Of a DNA stretch of 64,000 nucleotides, positions 30,516 through 40,149 are shown piece after piece (positions within the stretch are counted from its first letter, which is position 1; each line of letters starts with the position of its first letter). This DNA is from an uncultured Sphingomonas sp. GTDB taxonomy: Bacteria > Pseudomonadota > Alphaproteobacteria > Sphingomonadales > Sphingomonadaceae. The stretch covers positions 2,287,156 to 2,351,155 of the forward strand of contig OY729425.1 in NCBI GenBank assembly GCA_963422345.1, read 5' to 3'. A program made the position numbers and the translations under genes. A model generated the notes under the pieces. The model saw only the letters and a list, made by a program, of their open reading frames with translations. It ran no database searches and was not told the origin of the DNA.

Positions 30516-32057
30516 ATGCGACATCATCATTTCGGCGGCGGACTGTTGCCTGCATTGGCATTTCTCGCCTCCAGTGCTGCCGCGCAGACCGCTGCGCCAC
30601 CGGAAAAGTCTGTGTCTCCCTTTATTCTGTGTGATGGCCACACCGGGCATGTCGGGCTGGCCGCGTCACTCGGCCGACTCGTGTTGCTGACTGCTACCGC
30701 CGGTCTATCCGAAACCGCTACTGCCACCGACGATGAAATGCGCCGCCTCAAGGGTGCGGCGGCAGCCGATGCGTGCGACACGGCGTTGACACAGGAACAT
30801 GACAATCTGCGCCGGGCTCAGCTTGCGACCGCCAAGGCCATCCATTTGATGGAGGCGGGCCGCATCGACGATTCTCTCGTCGCCGTTCATGCGGTACCGG
30901 CAGCAGCGGGGCCGCTCGCCCAGGAATGGGGCTACAAGCACACCTTCGCACCGCGACTACTCCTGCTCGAGGCGGCGATCCAGGCACGGCGCAAGGATGC
31001 CGAAGCAGCCCAGGCCGCCGCAGTGCGGGCGGTGACCCTGTCGCCCTATGATCTAGCGCTGGCACACCGCGCACTGCGCTACATGGTTCTGACCTCACGT
31101 CTAGACCCCGACCGGGACCGTGCACTGATCCAGCTCGGCAAGGTGATGTCGGAACATATTCCGGCACGCGCAGGGGCGCTTACCATGACCGGGCGCTTCG
31201 CAGAGGCGTACGATACGCTGACCGCGGCCGAAGAAATCTACATACCATTTTACGACGACTTCCATCCACAGGAGTTTAGGGCCCATCGCGCTTTGCTGCT
31301 TGCCCTAGCCGGCCGCGACGTGGAATCGGATGCGCTCGCAAAGAAGGTGCAAGATGACATCTCGTCACTCACCGGGACCGGCTTCATGGTGCAGCAAGCC
31401 GCGATCGTCGCAAGCGCTTCAGAATATCTCGGCTTGCGTGGCGTCCTTCGCGACCTCGCCAACGGACGTGGCAAGGAAGCGCGCGCAACGTTTCGTGCGC
31501 ACGGTCCGTGGCTTCTTGCCTCGGCCGAGGTCGTTCCGGCAGTCGTTGATCGGTTACGGACAGGCGCGCCAGCAGAGGAACTGACCGGAACGCTCGCGGA
31601 GCCGGGCGAGGTCTTGCGCGCGCGCCACCAAGCTGAGCAACTTGCCGCGCTTGCGGACCCGAAACTGGTCCCATCCGAGTATCAGCAACCTTTCCTGTAC
31701 GCATCGACCAGCGACTTTGCCCGCATCGCGGGAGCGACTTGGAAAGTCGGCGACAAGCCGCGATTCCTGCTGAAACACGAGAAGGAACAGTTGCCATCGA
31801 CCGACGTGCTCGACGGCGAGGCTTATGCCACCGGCCTCGCGGCGGGAGAGGCCATATTGCTTCAGGCGGCACTAATCGCCAAGAAGCGCGGACTGAACGG
31901 TTTCGTCCTAAAACCCGTCCGCAGATACGCCTATCTCACCGGGTTACGCTTCGGCAATATCGGCGACCCCGGCATCCCTTCATTGTTCGCATATGATGCC
32001 AATGCCGTGATCGCGGACATCGCGCCTCATATCCCGGAACCGGCGCCTATACGGTGA
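30516..32057 (+). CDS. Hypothetical secreted helical (TPR-like) protein, 513 aa
   Basis: Long ORF filling the gap, with signal peptide (LAFLASSAAAQ) and Ala/Leu-rich helices. No recognisable catalytic motif. Confidence 0.7.
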   Translation: MRHHHFGGGLLPALAFLASSAAAQTAAPPEKSVSPFILCDGHTGHVGLAASLGRLVLLTATAGLSETATATDDEMRRLKGAAAADACDTALTQEHDNLRRAQLATAKAIHLMEAGRIDDSLVAVHAVPAAAGPLAQEWGYKHTFAPRLLLLEAAIQARRKDAEAAQAAAVRAVTLSPYDLALAHRALRYMVLTSRLDPDRDRALIQLGKVMSEHIPARAGALTMTGRFAEAYDTLTAAEEIYIPFYDDFHPQEFRAHRALLLALAGRDVESDALAKKVQDDISSLTGTGFMVQQAAIVASASEYLGLRGVLRDLANGRGKEARATFRAHGPWLLASAEVVPAVVDRLRTGAPAEELTGTLAEPGEVLRARHQAEQLAALADPKLVPSEYQQPFLYASTSDFARIAGATWKVGDKPRFLLKHEKEQLPSTDVLDGEAYATGLAAGEAILLQAALIAKKRGLNGFVLKPVRRYAYLTGLRFGNIGDPGIPSLFAYDANAVIADIAPHIPEPAPIR

Positions 32058-32121
32058 CGACCGCGACGGAACGAAATGATCTGCCAATGCCCGCTACAGA
32101 TAAACCCACGAGGCATTGGGC

Positions 32122-33093
32122 CTATTGCATATCGCCGCGTGCGCGCCTGATCGCGCGCCATTTCTCGACATTGGCGTTGTGCTGCTCGAGCGTGTCGGCA
32201 AAGGCATGGCCGCCGGTGCCGTCAGCGACGAAGTAGAGCGCGTTGGACTGCGCCGGGTTGAGCACCGCATCGATCGACGCGCGCCCCGGGTTGCAGATCG
32301 GTCCCGCCGGTAGGCCCGTCATGGCATAGGTGTTATAGTCGTTCTTCGCGTCGATCTCGGAACGCAGAATACGGCGACCCAGCGGGCGGCCTTGGGTGAT
32401 CGGGTAGATGATCGTCGGATCGGCCTGGAGCATCATGCCGCGTTTCAGGCGGTTCGAATAGACGGCGGCAACCAGCCGGCGTTCCTCCGATTTTCCGGTT
32501 TCCTTCTCGATAATCGAGGCAAGGATCAGCGCCTCGCGCGGCGTCGATACGGCGATGCCGGGCTGGCGCTTGTCCCAGGCCGCAGCGAGATAGGCGACCA
32601 TCGCGTGCTGCATGCGCTTGAGGATGAAATCGCGCGTGTCGCCGCGCTGGAAGGCGTAGCTGTCGGGCAGCACCGTGCCCTCGATCGGCACCGCCACGGT
32701 ACCGCTGAGCCCCGACTCCTTCATCAGCGCGTCCTTGACCATCACCGAGGGCCAGCCCTCGGGAATGTTGACCAAACGCTGCACGGTCCGAGTGCCTTGC
32801 AGCCTTTTGAGGATGTCAGCCTGACTGAGATGGGCCGGGATACGATACTCACCCGCCTTGATCGCCGCGCTGCTGCCGAGGAACTTGGCAAAGAGCCGGA
32901 ACCGGTTGGCGGACGGAATCGCACCAGCCTTCTCGAGCTGCTCTGACACGGTCGCAAGGCTGCTGCCCGGCGCTACGGTAATCGTGATGTTACGCGCCAG
33001 CGGGCCGCGACCACCCCACATGTGCAGCACGCCGAAGCCGGCGGCGACGGCGAGCAGAATCGCGATCAGGCCGAAGCAACCGAGCCGACGCAT
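32122..33093 (-). CDS. mltG: Endolytic transglycosylase MltG (YceG)
   Basis: IKAGEY, LASIIEKET, NRLKRGMMLQADPT, YNTY..GLPAGPICNPG. Confidence 0.95.
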   Translation of the reverse strand: MRRLGCFGLIAILLAVAAGFGVLHMWGGRGPLARNITITVAPGSSLATVSEQLEKAGAIPSANRFRLFAKFLGSSAAIKAGEYRIPAHLSQADILKRLQGTRTVQRLVNIPEGWPSVMVKDALMKESGLSGTVAVPIEGTVLPDSYAFQRGDTRDFILKRMQHAMVAYLAAAWDKRQPGIAVSTPREALILASIIEKETGKSEERRLVAAVYSNRLKRGMMLQADPTIIYPITQGRPLGRRILRSEIDAKNDYNTYAMTGLPAGPICNPGRASIDAVLNPAQSNALYFVADGTGGHAFADTLEQHNANVEKWRAIRRARGDMQ

Positions 33094-33099
33094 GTGCCG

Positions 33100-34359
33100 C
33101 TAGACCGCCTTCATCACGAGGCTGGCATTGGTGCCGCCAAAGCCAAAGCTGTTGTTGAGCACCGCTTTGACCGACCGCTTCTTGGCGACATGCGGCACGA
33201 GATCGACGCCAGCGCAATTCTCGCTCGGATTGTCGAGGTTCAGCGTCGGCGGCACGATCTGGTCACGCAGGGCAAGAATGCAGAAAATGCTCTCAACCGC
33301 ACCCGCGCCACCGAGCAAATGCCCGATGGCCGACTTGGTCGAGCTCATCGACAAGGTGTCGATGTTGTTGCCGAACAATCGACGCACAGCGTTTAGTTCA
33401 AGCTCGTCACCGAGCGGCGTCGAGGTACCGTGTGCGTTGATGTAATCGATATCCGACAACGCCAGACCGGATTTGCGCATGGCCATTTCCATCGAACGGA
33501 ACGCGCCTGAACCTTCAGGATGCGGTGCCGTGACATGATAGGCATCGCCTGACAGGCCGTAGCCAATCACCTCGGCGTAAATTTTTGCGCCGCGTGCTTT
33601 GGCATGCTCATATTCCTCAAGACACACAACGCCCGCGCCCTCGCCCATCACGAAGCCGTCACGATCGACATCATAAGGGCGGCTACCGCGTTCCGGTGTG
33701 GCATTGAAATTGGTCGACAAAGCCCGCGCCTGGGCAAATCCAGCGATACCCAGCGGGCAGATCGCGCCTTCTGCGCCACCGGCCAGCATGACGTCAGCAT
33801 CGTCCATTGCAATCATCCGCGCGGCATCGCCAATCGAATGTGCGCCGGTCGAACAGGCTGTAACGACCGCATGGTTCGGACCCATCAGGCCATATTTGAT
33901 CTGCACTTGTCCGGTGATAAGGTTGATCAGGCGACCATGCACGAAATGCGGTGAAACGCGACGCGGCCCCTTTTCGTGGAGTATGATCGACTCACTGGCG
34001 ATGCCCGGGAGCCCCCCGATACCGGCACCGATCGAACAACCAGCGCGAAAACGCTGTGCTTCGGTCATCTCGGTAAGACCGGCATCCTCAAGCGCCTGAC
34101 CGGCCGCATCAATGCCAAAGATGATGAACGGATCGACCTGCCGCTGAACCTTGTGATCAACCCGTTTGCCCGGATCAAATCCATAAGGATGATCGGCCGG
34201 CTTGACCTCACACGCGATGGTGCAGGCATAATCAGTCGCATCGAACCGGGTGATTGTTCCAGCACCCGACTTTGCGGCGAGGATATTGGCCCAGGCAGTT
34301 TCGACATCCGCACCCAGCGGCGTCACCAGTCCGAGGCCGGTTACCACGACACGACGCAT
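33100..34359 (-). CDS. fabF: Beta-ketoacyl-ACP synthase II
   Basis: RRVVVTGLG, VTACSTG, INAHGTST, KSAIGHLLG, NSFGFGGTN. Confidence 0.97.
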   Translation of the reverse strand: MRRVVVTGLGLVTPLGADVETAWANILAAKSGAGTITRFDATDYACTIACEVKPADHPYGFDPGKRVDHKVQRQVDPFIIFGIDAAGQALEDAGLTEMTEAQRFRAGCSIGAGIGGLPGIASESIILHEKGPRRVSPHFVHGRLINLITGQVQIKYGLMGPNHAVVTACSTGAHSIGDAARMIAMDDADVMLAGGAEGAICPLGIAGFAQARALSTNFNATPERGSRPYDVDRDGFVMGEGAGVVCLEEYEHAKARGAKIYAEVIGYGLSGDAYHVTAPHPEGSGAFRSMEMAMRKSGLALSDIDYINAHGTSTPLGDELELNAVRRLFGNNIDTLSMSSTKSAIGHLLGGAGAVESIFCILALRDQIVPPTLNLDNPSENCAGVDLVPHVAKKRSVKAVLNNSFGFGGTNASLVMKAV

Positions 34360-34385
34360 GGCATTCTCCACTCTCTCAAACGGAA

Positions 34386-34429
34386 ATCGGCTCCCCGCCC
34401 CGTGCTATGCCCTGGGACGGGGAGCCGAT
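34386..34429. other. Strong hairpin in the acpP-fabF intergenic region
   Basis: ATCGGCTCCCCG (34386-34397) pairs perfectly with CGGGGAGCCGAT (34418-34429). Confidence 0.7.
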
Positions 34430-34487
34430 CCTGATCATTCAACCCTGTTCAGGGCACGGGTCCGCAACATGGCGTTCCCGCAGGCAC

Positions 34488-34724
34488 TCAGGCCTTGTGT
34501 TCGTCGATAAAGGTAATCGCATCCTTCACGGTGCCGATCTTTTCAGCAGCATCGTCAGGGATCTCGACCCCGAATTCTTCCTCAAACGCCATCACCAGCT
34601 CAACGATGTCGAGGCTGTCGGCGCCCAGGTCATCGATGAAGCTCGCATCTTCGGTTACCTTGTCAGCATCGACACCGAGATGCTCGACAACGATCTTCTT
34701 TACGCGATCCGCAGTCTCGCTCAT
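34488..34724 (-). CDS. acpP: Acyl carrier protein
   Basis: [20 protein letters not shown] phosphopantetheine site. Confidence 0.98.
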   Translation of the reverse strand: MSETADRVKKIVVEHLGVDADKVTEDASFIDDLGADSLDIVELVMAFEEEFGVEIPDDAAEKIGTVKDAITFIDEHKA

Positions 34725-34806
34725 GTTAATTCCCTCTCTGCTTGGGGGTCTATGTGTTGCCCCATGCACCTAGAGCGCGCGTGTGACTGACGCAAGGGGG
34801 GCTTTG

Positions 34807-35382
34807 TCACGACCGTGCCGCATAGTTGGCCTCAGCCTCTTGCTGGACAATGATTCCGGTCACGCCTTGTCCCAGGAGCTCACCCAATCGCGTCATGTCC
34901 TCCGGTGCAAGCGCATCAACCCCCATCCCAGCGCCCTTAAGATAGACAACCGCCGCGCGGTTAAGTTCGGGCGTTGGTTGCCCTGCTACATAGGCAGCAC
35001 GGCCAGCCGCATCGAGCGTTGCAACCAGCCCGGCCAGCATCTCGTCGGTCAGCCCGAATTTTTTGCCGTGGAAGCTCGCGTCCTCAAGTAGCACCCGTGC
35101 GCTCATGTAGCGCACCGCGATTCCCTGGCGCTTTTCCGACCAGCCATTTTGCACGCGACACGCTGCGACAGCATCGCCGAGCGACATCATTGCTTCTTTC
35201 TCTTCACTGCCAGTGGGCGTGAACCCGCTGCGCACCAGCGCGACAAGCTGGTTACGCTTGATCCGGCTCGCCTTGGTATAAACACAGGCCACAGGCCGAT
35301 CGTCACGCGCCATTGCCCGGGTCTCGGCAAGCCCAGCGATCATGACGGCTGCCGCCACGGAAAATGCTGTCAGTTTATGCAT
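34807..35382 (-). CDS. Hypothetical secreted protein between fabG and acpP
   Basis: 191-aa ORF filling the gap, with a signal-peptide-like N-terminus and two Cys. Confidence 0.65.
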   Translation of the reverse strand: MHKLTAFSVAAAVMIAGLAETRAMARDDRPVACVYTKASRIKRNQLVALVRSGFTPTGSEEKEAMMSLGDAVAACRVQNGWSEKRQGIAVRYMSARVLLEDASFHGKKFGLTDEMLAGLVATLDAAGRAAYVAGQPTPELNRAAVVYLKGAGMGVDALAPEDMTRLGELLGQGVTGIIVQQEAEANYAARS

Positions 35383-35412
35383 TCATTGCCCCCTGCACTG
35401 GTAATTTGGCGT

Positions 35413-36150
35413 TCAGATCATCGCCATGCCGCCATTCACATGCAGGGTCTGGCCGGTCACATAGCCAGCTTCCCTGCTCGCCAGATAAACTACCGCCGCG
35501 CCAATATCCTCGCCTGTGCCAAGGTCGCCCGCTGGGATCCTGGTCAGCAAGGCTGTCTTTTGCGCTTCAGGAAGAACGTCTGTCATCGCCGAACGAATGA
35601 AGCCCGGTGCGACGCAATTGACCGTAATGTTGCGGCTCGCCAGTTCCTGCGCCAGTGCCTTGGACATGCCAACAAGCCCGGCCTTGGAGGCGGCGTAATT
35701 GGCCTGGCCGGGATTGCCGGTTGCGCCAACGACCGAGGTGATTGAGATGACGCGGCCGAAGCGGGCCTTCATCATCGGCTTGGCCGCTGCCCGAATCAGG
35801 CGAAAGGCCGCCTCCAGATTGACGCGGAGGACGGAATCCCATTCCTCATCCTTCATCCGCATCGCGAGATTGTCTCGGGTGACCCCGGCATTGTTGACGA
35901 GGATGTCGAGCTTGCCGAGTGCCTCGACCGCGCGCGGCACCAACCCGTCAACTGCCGCACCGTCGGACAGGTCACACGGCAGCGCAACATGGTCGCCACC
36001 AAGCGCGGCGAGAAACGCCTCAAGCTTTTCGGCGTTTGACCCTGATATGGCAAGCCGCGCGCCCTGCGCGGCCAGCGCCTGGGCAATCGCCGAACCAATC
36101 CCGCCAGAAGCACCGGTGACGAGCGCGGTCATGCCTGAAAGGTCGAACAT
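35413..36150 (-). CDS. fabG: 3-oxoacyl-ACP reductase
   Basis: TGASGGIG, NNAG, YAASK, VAPGFI; SD AGGAG before ATG 36150. Confidence 0.97.
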   Translation of the reverse strand: MFDLSGMTALVTGASGGIGSAIAQALAAQGARLAISGSNAEKLEAFLAALGGDHVALPCDLSDGAAVDGLVPRAVEALGKLDILVNNAGVTRDNLAMRMKDEEWDSVLRVNLEAAFRLIRAAAKPMMKARFGRVISITSVVGATGNPGQANYAASKAGLVGMSKALAQELASRNITVNCVAPGFIRSAMTDVLPEAQKTALLTRIPAGDLGTGEDIGAAVVYLASREAGYVTGQTLHVNGGMAMI

Positions 36151-36222
36151 CTTATTCACTCCTGAAACCTGCGCCGGTGAAATGGCGAAAAGTGGTTGGT
36201 CGGGTTTATGTTTGCGAAGCGC

Positions 36223-37158
36223 TCAGAGGTTTTTTGCCAGCGCTTCGATGTCGTCCATTGTGACAACGCTGAGCGCGTCAACATCTGGCGCGATGCGTTT
36301 TACCATCGGTGCAAGTACCTTGCCGCCGAATTCGATGAAACGCTCTACGCCGGTCTCAGCCATAACCAGCACCGATTCGCGCCAGCGGACCATGCCGGTC
36401 ACCTGTTCAACCAGTAGCCGGCGAATCGTATCGATATCGCTTACTGGCTGTGCGGTAACATTGGAAAAGACCGGAACAAGTGGCGTGTCGATACGCGCAT
36501 CGGCCAATGCCTTCGCCATGGCATCGGCGGCCGGCTGCATCAGTGGACAATGGAACGGGGCGGACACCGGAAGTGCAATGGCGCGCTTTGCACCGTGGTC
36601 CTTGGCAATGGCGATCACCCGGTCAATCGCGCCCTTGGCGCCGGAAATGACCACCTGAGACGGGTCATTGTCATTGGCGACAGTGCAAACCTCACCTTCA
36701 GCCGCAGCGTCTGCAATCTTCTGTGCCATGGCAATATCGGCGCCGAGCAAGGCGGCCATGCCGCCCATCCCCACCGGCACCGCCGCCTGCATCGCGAGGC
36801 CACGGTGTTTGAGCAGCAGCGCAGTTGTCGCGAGATCGAGGGCACCGGCTGCACACAGCGCGCTATACTCACCCAGTGAGTGACCCGCGACGTAGTCGGC
36901 CTTGTCTGCGAGGCGGATACCGCCCTCTTTTTCAAGGACGCGCAATGTGGCGATTGCATTCGCCATGATGGCGGGTTGCGCATTTTCCGTCAGGACGAGT
37001 TCTTCCCCCGGCCCCTCGAACATGAGACGGGAGAGGTGCTGGCCAAGGGCGTCATCAACTTCCTGAAACACGGCGCGCGCCGTAGCGCTGGCCTCCGCAA
37101 GGGCTTTGCCCATACCAACCGCCTGGCTGCCCTGGCCGGGAAAAATGAACGCGCGCAT
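36223..37158 (-). CDS. fabD: Malonyl-CoA:ACP transacylase
   Basis: FPGQGSQ, GHSLGEY, VSAPFH, EQVTGMVRW. Confidence 0.97.
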   Translation of the reverse strand: MRAFIFPGQGSQAVGMGKALAEASATARAVFQEVDDALGQHLSRLMFEGPGEELVLTENAQPAIMANAIATLRVLEKEGGIRLADKADYVAGHSLGEYSALCAAGALDLATTALLLKHRGLAMQAAVPVGMGGMAALLGADIAMAQKIADAAAEGEVCTVANDNDPSQVVISGAKGAIDRVIAIAKDHGAKRAIALPVSAPFHCPLMQPAADAMAKALADARIDTPLVPVFSNVTAQPVSDIDTIRRLLVEQVTGMVRWRESVLVMAETGVERFIEFGGKVLAPMVKRIAPDVDALSVVTMDDIEALAKNL

Positions 37159-37330
37159 CATCGTCTCCACTGCAAACTGGCATCGGCCTAGAAAGCCCGA
37201 CCGGGTAAGGCAAGACGCACCGCGCAATGCGCCACCGCGCCGGAGATGTACGGTGATCGTCAACCGCACGGCAGCGCGCGCCGGCTTCGTAACGGGTGCA
37301 AGGGGTAGCGGCTCGATTTGTGACGCGCCG

Positions 37331-37635
37331 ACCGACGCGCTGGGCAACCTCGTGCGCTTCATCCTGCTGCCGGGAAACCGCTATGACACGATCGGCGTCG
37401 CCCCACTGATCGACGGCATCGAATTCGACGCCCTCCTCGGCGACAAGGCCTTTGACGCCAACTGGATCGTCGAAGAGATGTGCAAATGGCGGCATCTGAC
37501 CGAAACCTTCTTGCGCAAACGCAAAGAGTTAAAGAGGATCGCCATGCGCGCTTGTAAAACCGGCCAGAACTTTGAAGCGATGATCTACCTCACCGCTGCC
37601 GTCCTCAATTCGCGATGAATTCCCGCAAACCCTAA
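37331..37635 (+). mobile_element. IS5-family (IS427-group-like) transposase C-terminal remnant with internal deletion
   Basis: TDALGNLVRFILLPG..GDKAFD..KWRHL..KRIAMRACKT..AAVLNSR, ending near AAACCCTAA. The N-terminal part is absent. Confidence 0.8.
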
Positions 37636-37750
37636 ACCAAAATATACGAAGTTGCCGTACACAAGCCGTGAGTGGTGCGTTGCGCGCGCGCTTTTGTTCG
37701 GTCTAACGACGACCAACCATATGGCGAGCGAGTCGGGGACGGAGACGGCG

Positions 37751-38536
37751 ATGAAAATGACAAAACGAGCCTGGGTGTTGGCTGGCGCCCTCTCCATCGC
37801 GGTCCCGGCATTGTTGTTCGGGCAGCAACAACGCGCCGGGTATCTTCCGTCGGGTACAATTGACATCACGCAGATATTGCCGCCAGCGCCGCAAAAAGGC
37901 GACGCCCGGTATGCCGCCGACCGGTCAATTTTCAAGGCAACCCGACACTGGCTTGGTACTCCGCGCGGTGATCTTGCGACACGGGATGTCGATTTCAGCG
38001 TGCCCTATATGTTGCATGCCTATAGCTGCTCGATCGGCGTCGCCCTGACCCCCCAAAACGCCCCTGCCACCGTCAAGCTCATTGGCAAGGCCGGTGTGGA
38101 TACCGCGACGCAGTCGGCAATCGGGAAGAATTTTTTCAAGCGTGAGCGACCGTTCCTGATCGACAAGGGAGCAACCTGCCAAAAGCCTGCTGAACTGGCC
38201 GGAAGTTTCGATTATCCGTCAGGCCACGCAATGTGGGGCTGGACATGGGCTACATTGCTTGCCGAACTGGCACCGGATCGCTCAACCGCGATCATGGCGC
38301 GAGGCATTGCCTATAGCGAAAGCCGCGTGGTTTGCGGCGTCCACAATATGACAGCCATCGAAAGCGGCAGGAACGCGGCGTCTGCCACGCTTGCTGCGGT
38401 GCACGGGCAGGCGGCATTCCAGGCCGATATGGCAGCCGCGCGTGCTGAGATTACGGCATTGCGGTCTGACGCGACAACACCAAGACCCGAAAATTGTGCT
38501 GCCGAAACGGCTCTGGTGCACCAGCCAATCCTGTGA
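37751..38536 (+). CDS. Class A non-specific acid phosphatase (PAP2 superfamily, PhoN-like), secreted
   Basis: Signal peptide plus KX6RP (KNFFKRERP), PSGH and SRVVCGVH motifs. Confidence 0.9.
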   Translation: MKMTKRAWVLAGALSIAVPALLFGQQQRAGYLPSGTIDITQILPPAPQKGDARYAADRSIFKATRHWLGTPRGDLATRDVDFSVPYMLHAYSCSIGVALTPQNAPATVKLIGKAGVDTATQSAIGKNFFKRERPFLIDKGATCQKPAELAGSFDYPSGHAMWGWTWATLLAELAPDRSTAIMARGIAYSESRVVCGVHNMTAIESGRNAASATLAAVHGQAAFQADMAAARAEITALRSDATTPRPENCAAETALVHQPIL

Positions 38537-38680
38537 GGAAGCATTCAGCTGGCGCTCTGATGAGTGAACGTGACGGGTAAGCGGATCGGCAAGGCTTGCC
38601 TTTCGCCGTGTTTGCGCTAAGGGACCGCGCTCCGGGGTGAATGGCCTTGCGCTTTTCGCCCCTGATTTATTGAGACGACA

Positions 38681-38720
38681 GCCGGAGGGGCGTCCGCATT
38701 GGGCGGCGTCAGCGATCGGC
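38681..38720 (+). promoter_or_regulatory. Possible S6:S18 autoregulatory leader structure
   Basis: Nested stems GCCGG/TCGGC and CGTCC/GGGCG just upstream of rpsF. Such leaders are known for rpsF-rpsR operons, but this one is not verified against a covariance model. Confidence 0.35.
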
Positions 38721-38739
38721 CAAGAGAAGGTAAGACAAC

Positions 38740-39144
38740 ATGGCTCTTTATGAGCACGTGTTCCTTGCGCGCCAGGATCTGGCACAGGCGCAAGTGGACG
38801 CGATGGCGGAAGCCGCCACCCAGATCATCAAGGATCACAATGGCACGGTCGTAAAGACCGAAAATTGGGGCCTGCGCAGCCTGGCCTACAAGATCGCCAA
38901 GAATCGCAAGGCGCATTATGTCATGCTCGAAATCGACGCGCCGGCCGGCGTGGTCGCCGAGCTGGAGCGCCAGACGCAGATCAACGAAGACGTGATCCGC
39001 TACATGACCGTCAAGGTTGATGGCCATGAAGAAGGCCCTTCGGTGATGATGCGCAAGCAAGAGCGCGACCGCGAGCGTCGCGGTGACCGCGAAGGTCGTG
39101 GCGATCGTGGCGACCGCCCGCGTCGCGATTTCGACGGCGAATAA
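38740..39144 (+). CDS. rpsF: 30S ribosomal protein S6
   Basis: [31 protein letters not shown]. Confidence 0.98.
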   Translation: MALYEHVFLARQDLAQAQVDAMAEAATQIIKDHNGTVVKTENWGLRSLAYKIAKNRKAHYVMLEIDAPAGVVAELERQTQINEDVIRYMTVKVDGHEEGPSVMMRKQERDRERRGDREGRGDRGDRPRRDFDGE

Positions 39145-39157
39145 GGAGCGATAGACC

Positions 39158-39382
39158 ATGGCACGCCCATTTTTCCGCCGCCGCAAGAGCTGCCCCTTTT
39201 CCGCCAAGGATGCTCCCCGGATTGATTACAAGGACGTCCGTCTGCTGCAGGGCTTTGTGTCCGAGCGTGGCAAGATTGTCCCCTCGCGCATCACCTCGGT
39301 GAGCGCGAAGAAGCAGCGCGAACTCGCCCAGGCGATCAAGCGCGCCCGTCATCTGGGCCTGCTGCCCTACATCGTTAAGTAA
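39158..39382 (+). CDS. rpsR: 30S ribosomal protein S18
   Basis: [31 protein letters not shown]. Confidence 0.98.
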   Translation: MARPFFRRRKSCPFSAKDAPRIDYKDVRLLQGFVSERGKIVPSRITSVSAKKQRELAQAIKRARHLGLLPYIVK

Positions 39383-39394
39383 GGAGAGGCAGAC

Positions 39395-39994
39395 ATGGAC
39401 ATCATTCTGCTCGAGCGCGTCGAGAAGCTCGGCGCCATTGGCGATGTCGTCACGGTCAAGGACGGCTATGCGCGCAACTATCTGCTGCCGAACAAGAAGG
39501 CGCTGCGCGCCAACGAAGCCAACCGCAAGGTCTTCGAGGCCAACCGCGAACGCATCGTTGCCGACAACGCATCGCGCCGCACGGTAGCCGAAGCTGAAGC
39601 CAAGACAATTGACGGCACATCGGTGACGCTGATCCGCCAGGCATCGAACACCGGCCAGCTCTACGGCTCGGTCGCAGTACGCGATCTGGTCGAGGCACTT
39701 GAGGCCGCTGGCCACAAGGTCGGCAAGTCGGCGATTGTCCTCAACAAGCCGATCAAGTCGATCGGCGTCTATGAGGTCAAGGCCGCGCTGCACCCTGAAG
39801 TGTCAGTGACGATCAAGGTCAATGTTGCACGCTCGCCTGAAGAAGCCGAGATGCAGGCCAAGGGCGTCGACGTCATGGCCGCCATGTTCGAAAAGGACGA
39901 GGCAGGCTTCGTTGAGGCTTATGACCCCAATGCCGAGCCGGGCGCTACCGCCGAGGTTCAAGCCGAGGAAGCAACTGAAGCCAGCGAAGGCTGA
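39395..39994 (+). CDS. rplI: 50S ribosomal protein L9
   Basis: LGAIGDVVTVKDGYARNYLLP, GQLYGSV; acidic tail. Confidence 0.98.
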   Translation: MDIILLERVEKLGAIGDVVTVKDGYARNYLLPNKKALRANEANRKVFEANRERIVADNASRRTVAEAEAKTIDGTSVTLIRQASNTGQLYGSVAVRDLVEALEAAGHKVGKSAIVLNKPIKSIGVYEVKAALHPEVSVTIKVNVARSPEEAEMQAKGVDVMAAMFEKDEAGFVEAYDPNAEPGATAEVQAEEATEASEG

Positions 39995-40015
39995 TCGGTT
40001 GCACCCAAAAGATCA

Positions 40016-40052
40016 GGGTCGTCCGGAGCAATCCGGGCGGCCCTTTCCTTTT
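40016..40052 (+). terminator. Rho-independent terminator of rpsF-rpsR-rplI
   Basis: GGGTCGTCCGGA-GCAA-TCCGGGCGGCCC followed by TTTCCTTTT. Confidence 0.85.
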
Positions 40053-40149
40053 GCGAGAATGGCGTGCTTTCAGAACGCAAGAACATCGCGACTGGCCGTG
40101 GCCTTCATTCGAACCTGGTCCCGGCCTGCGCCGGAGAACCCGGCCGGCC

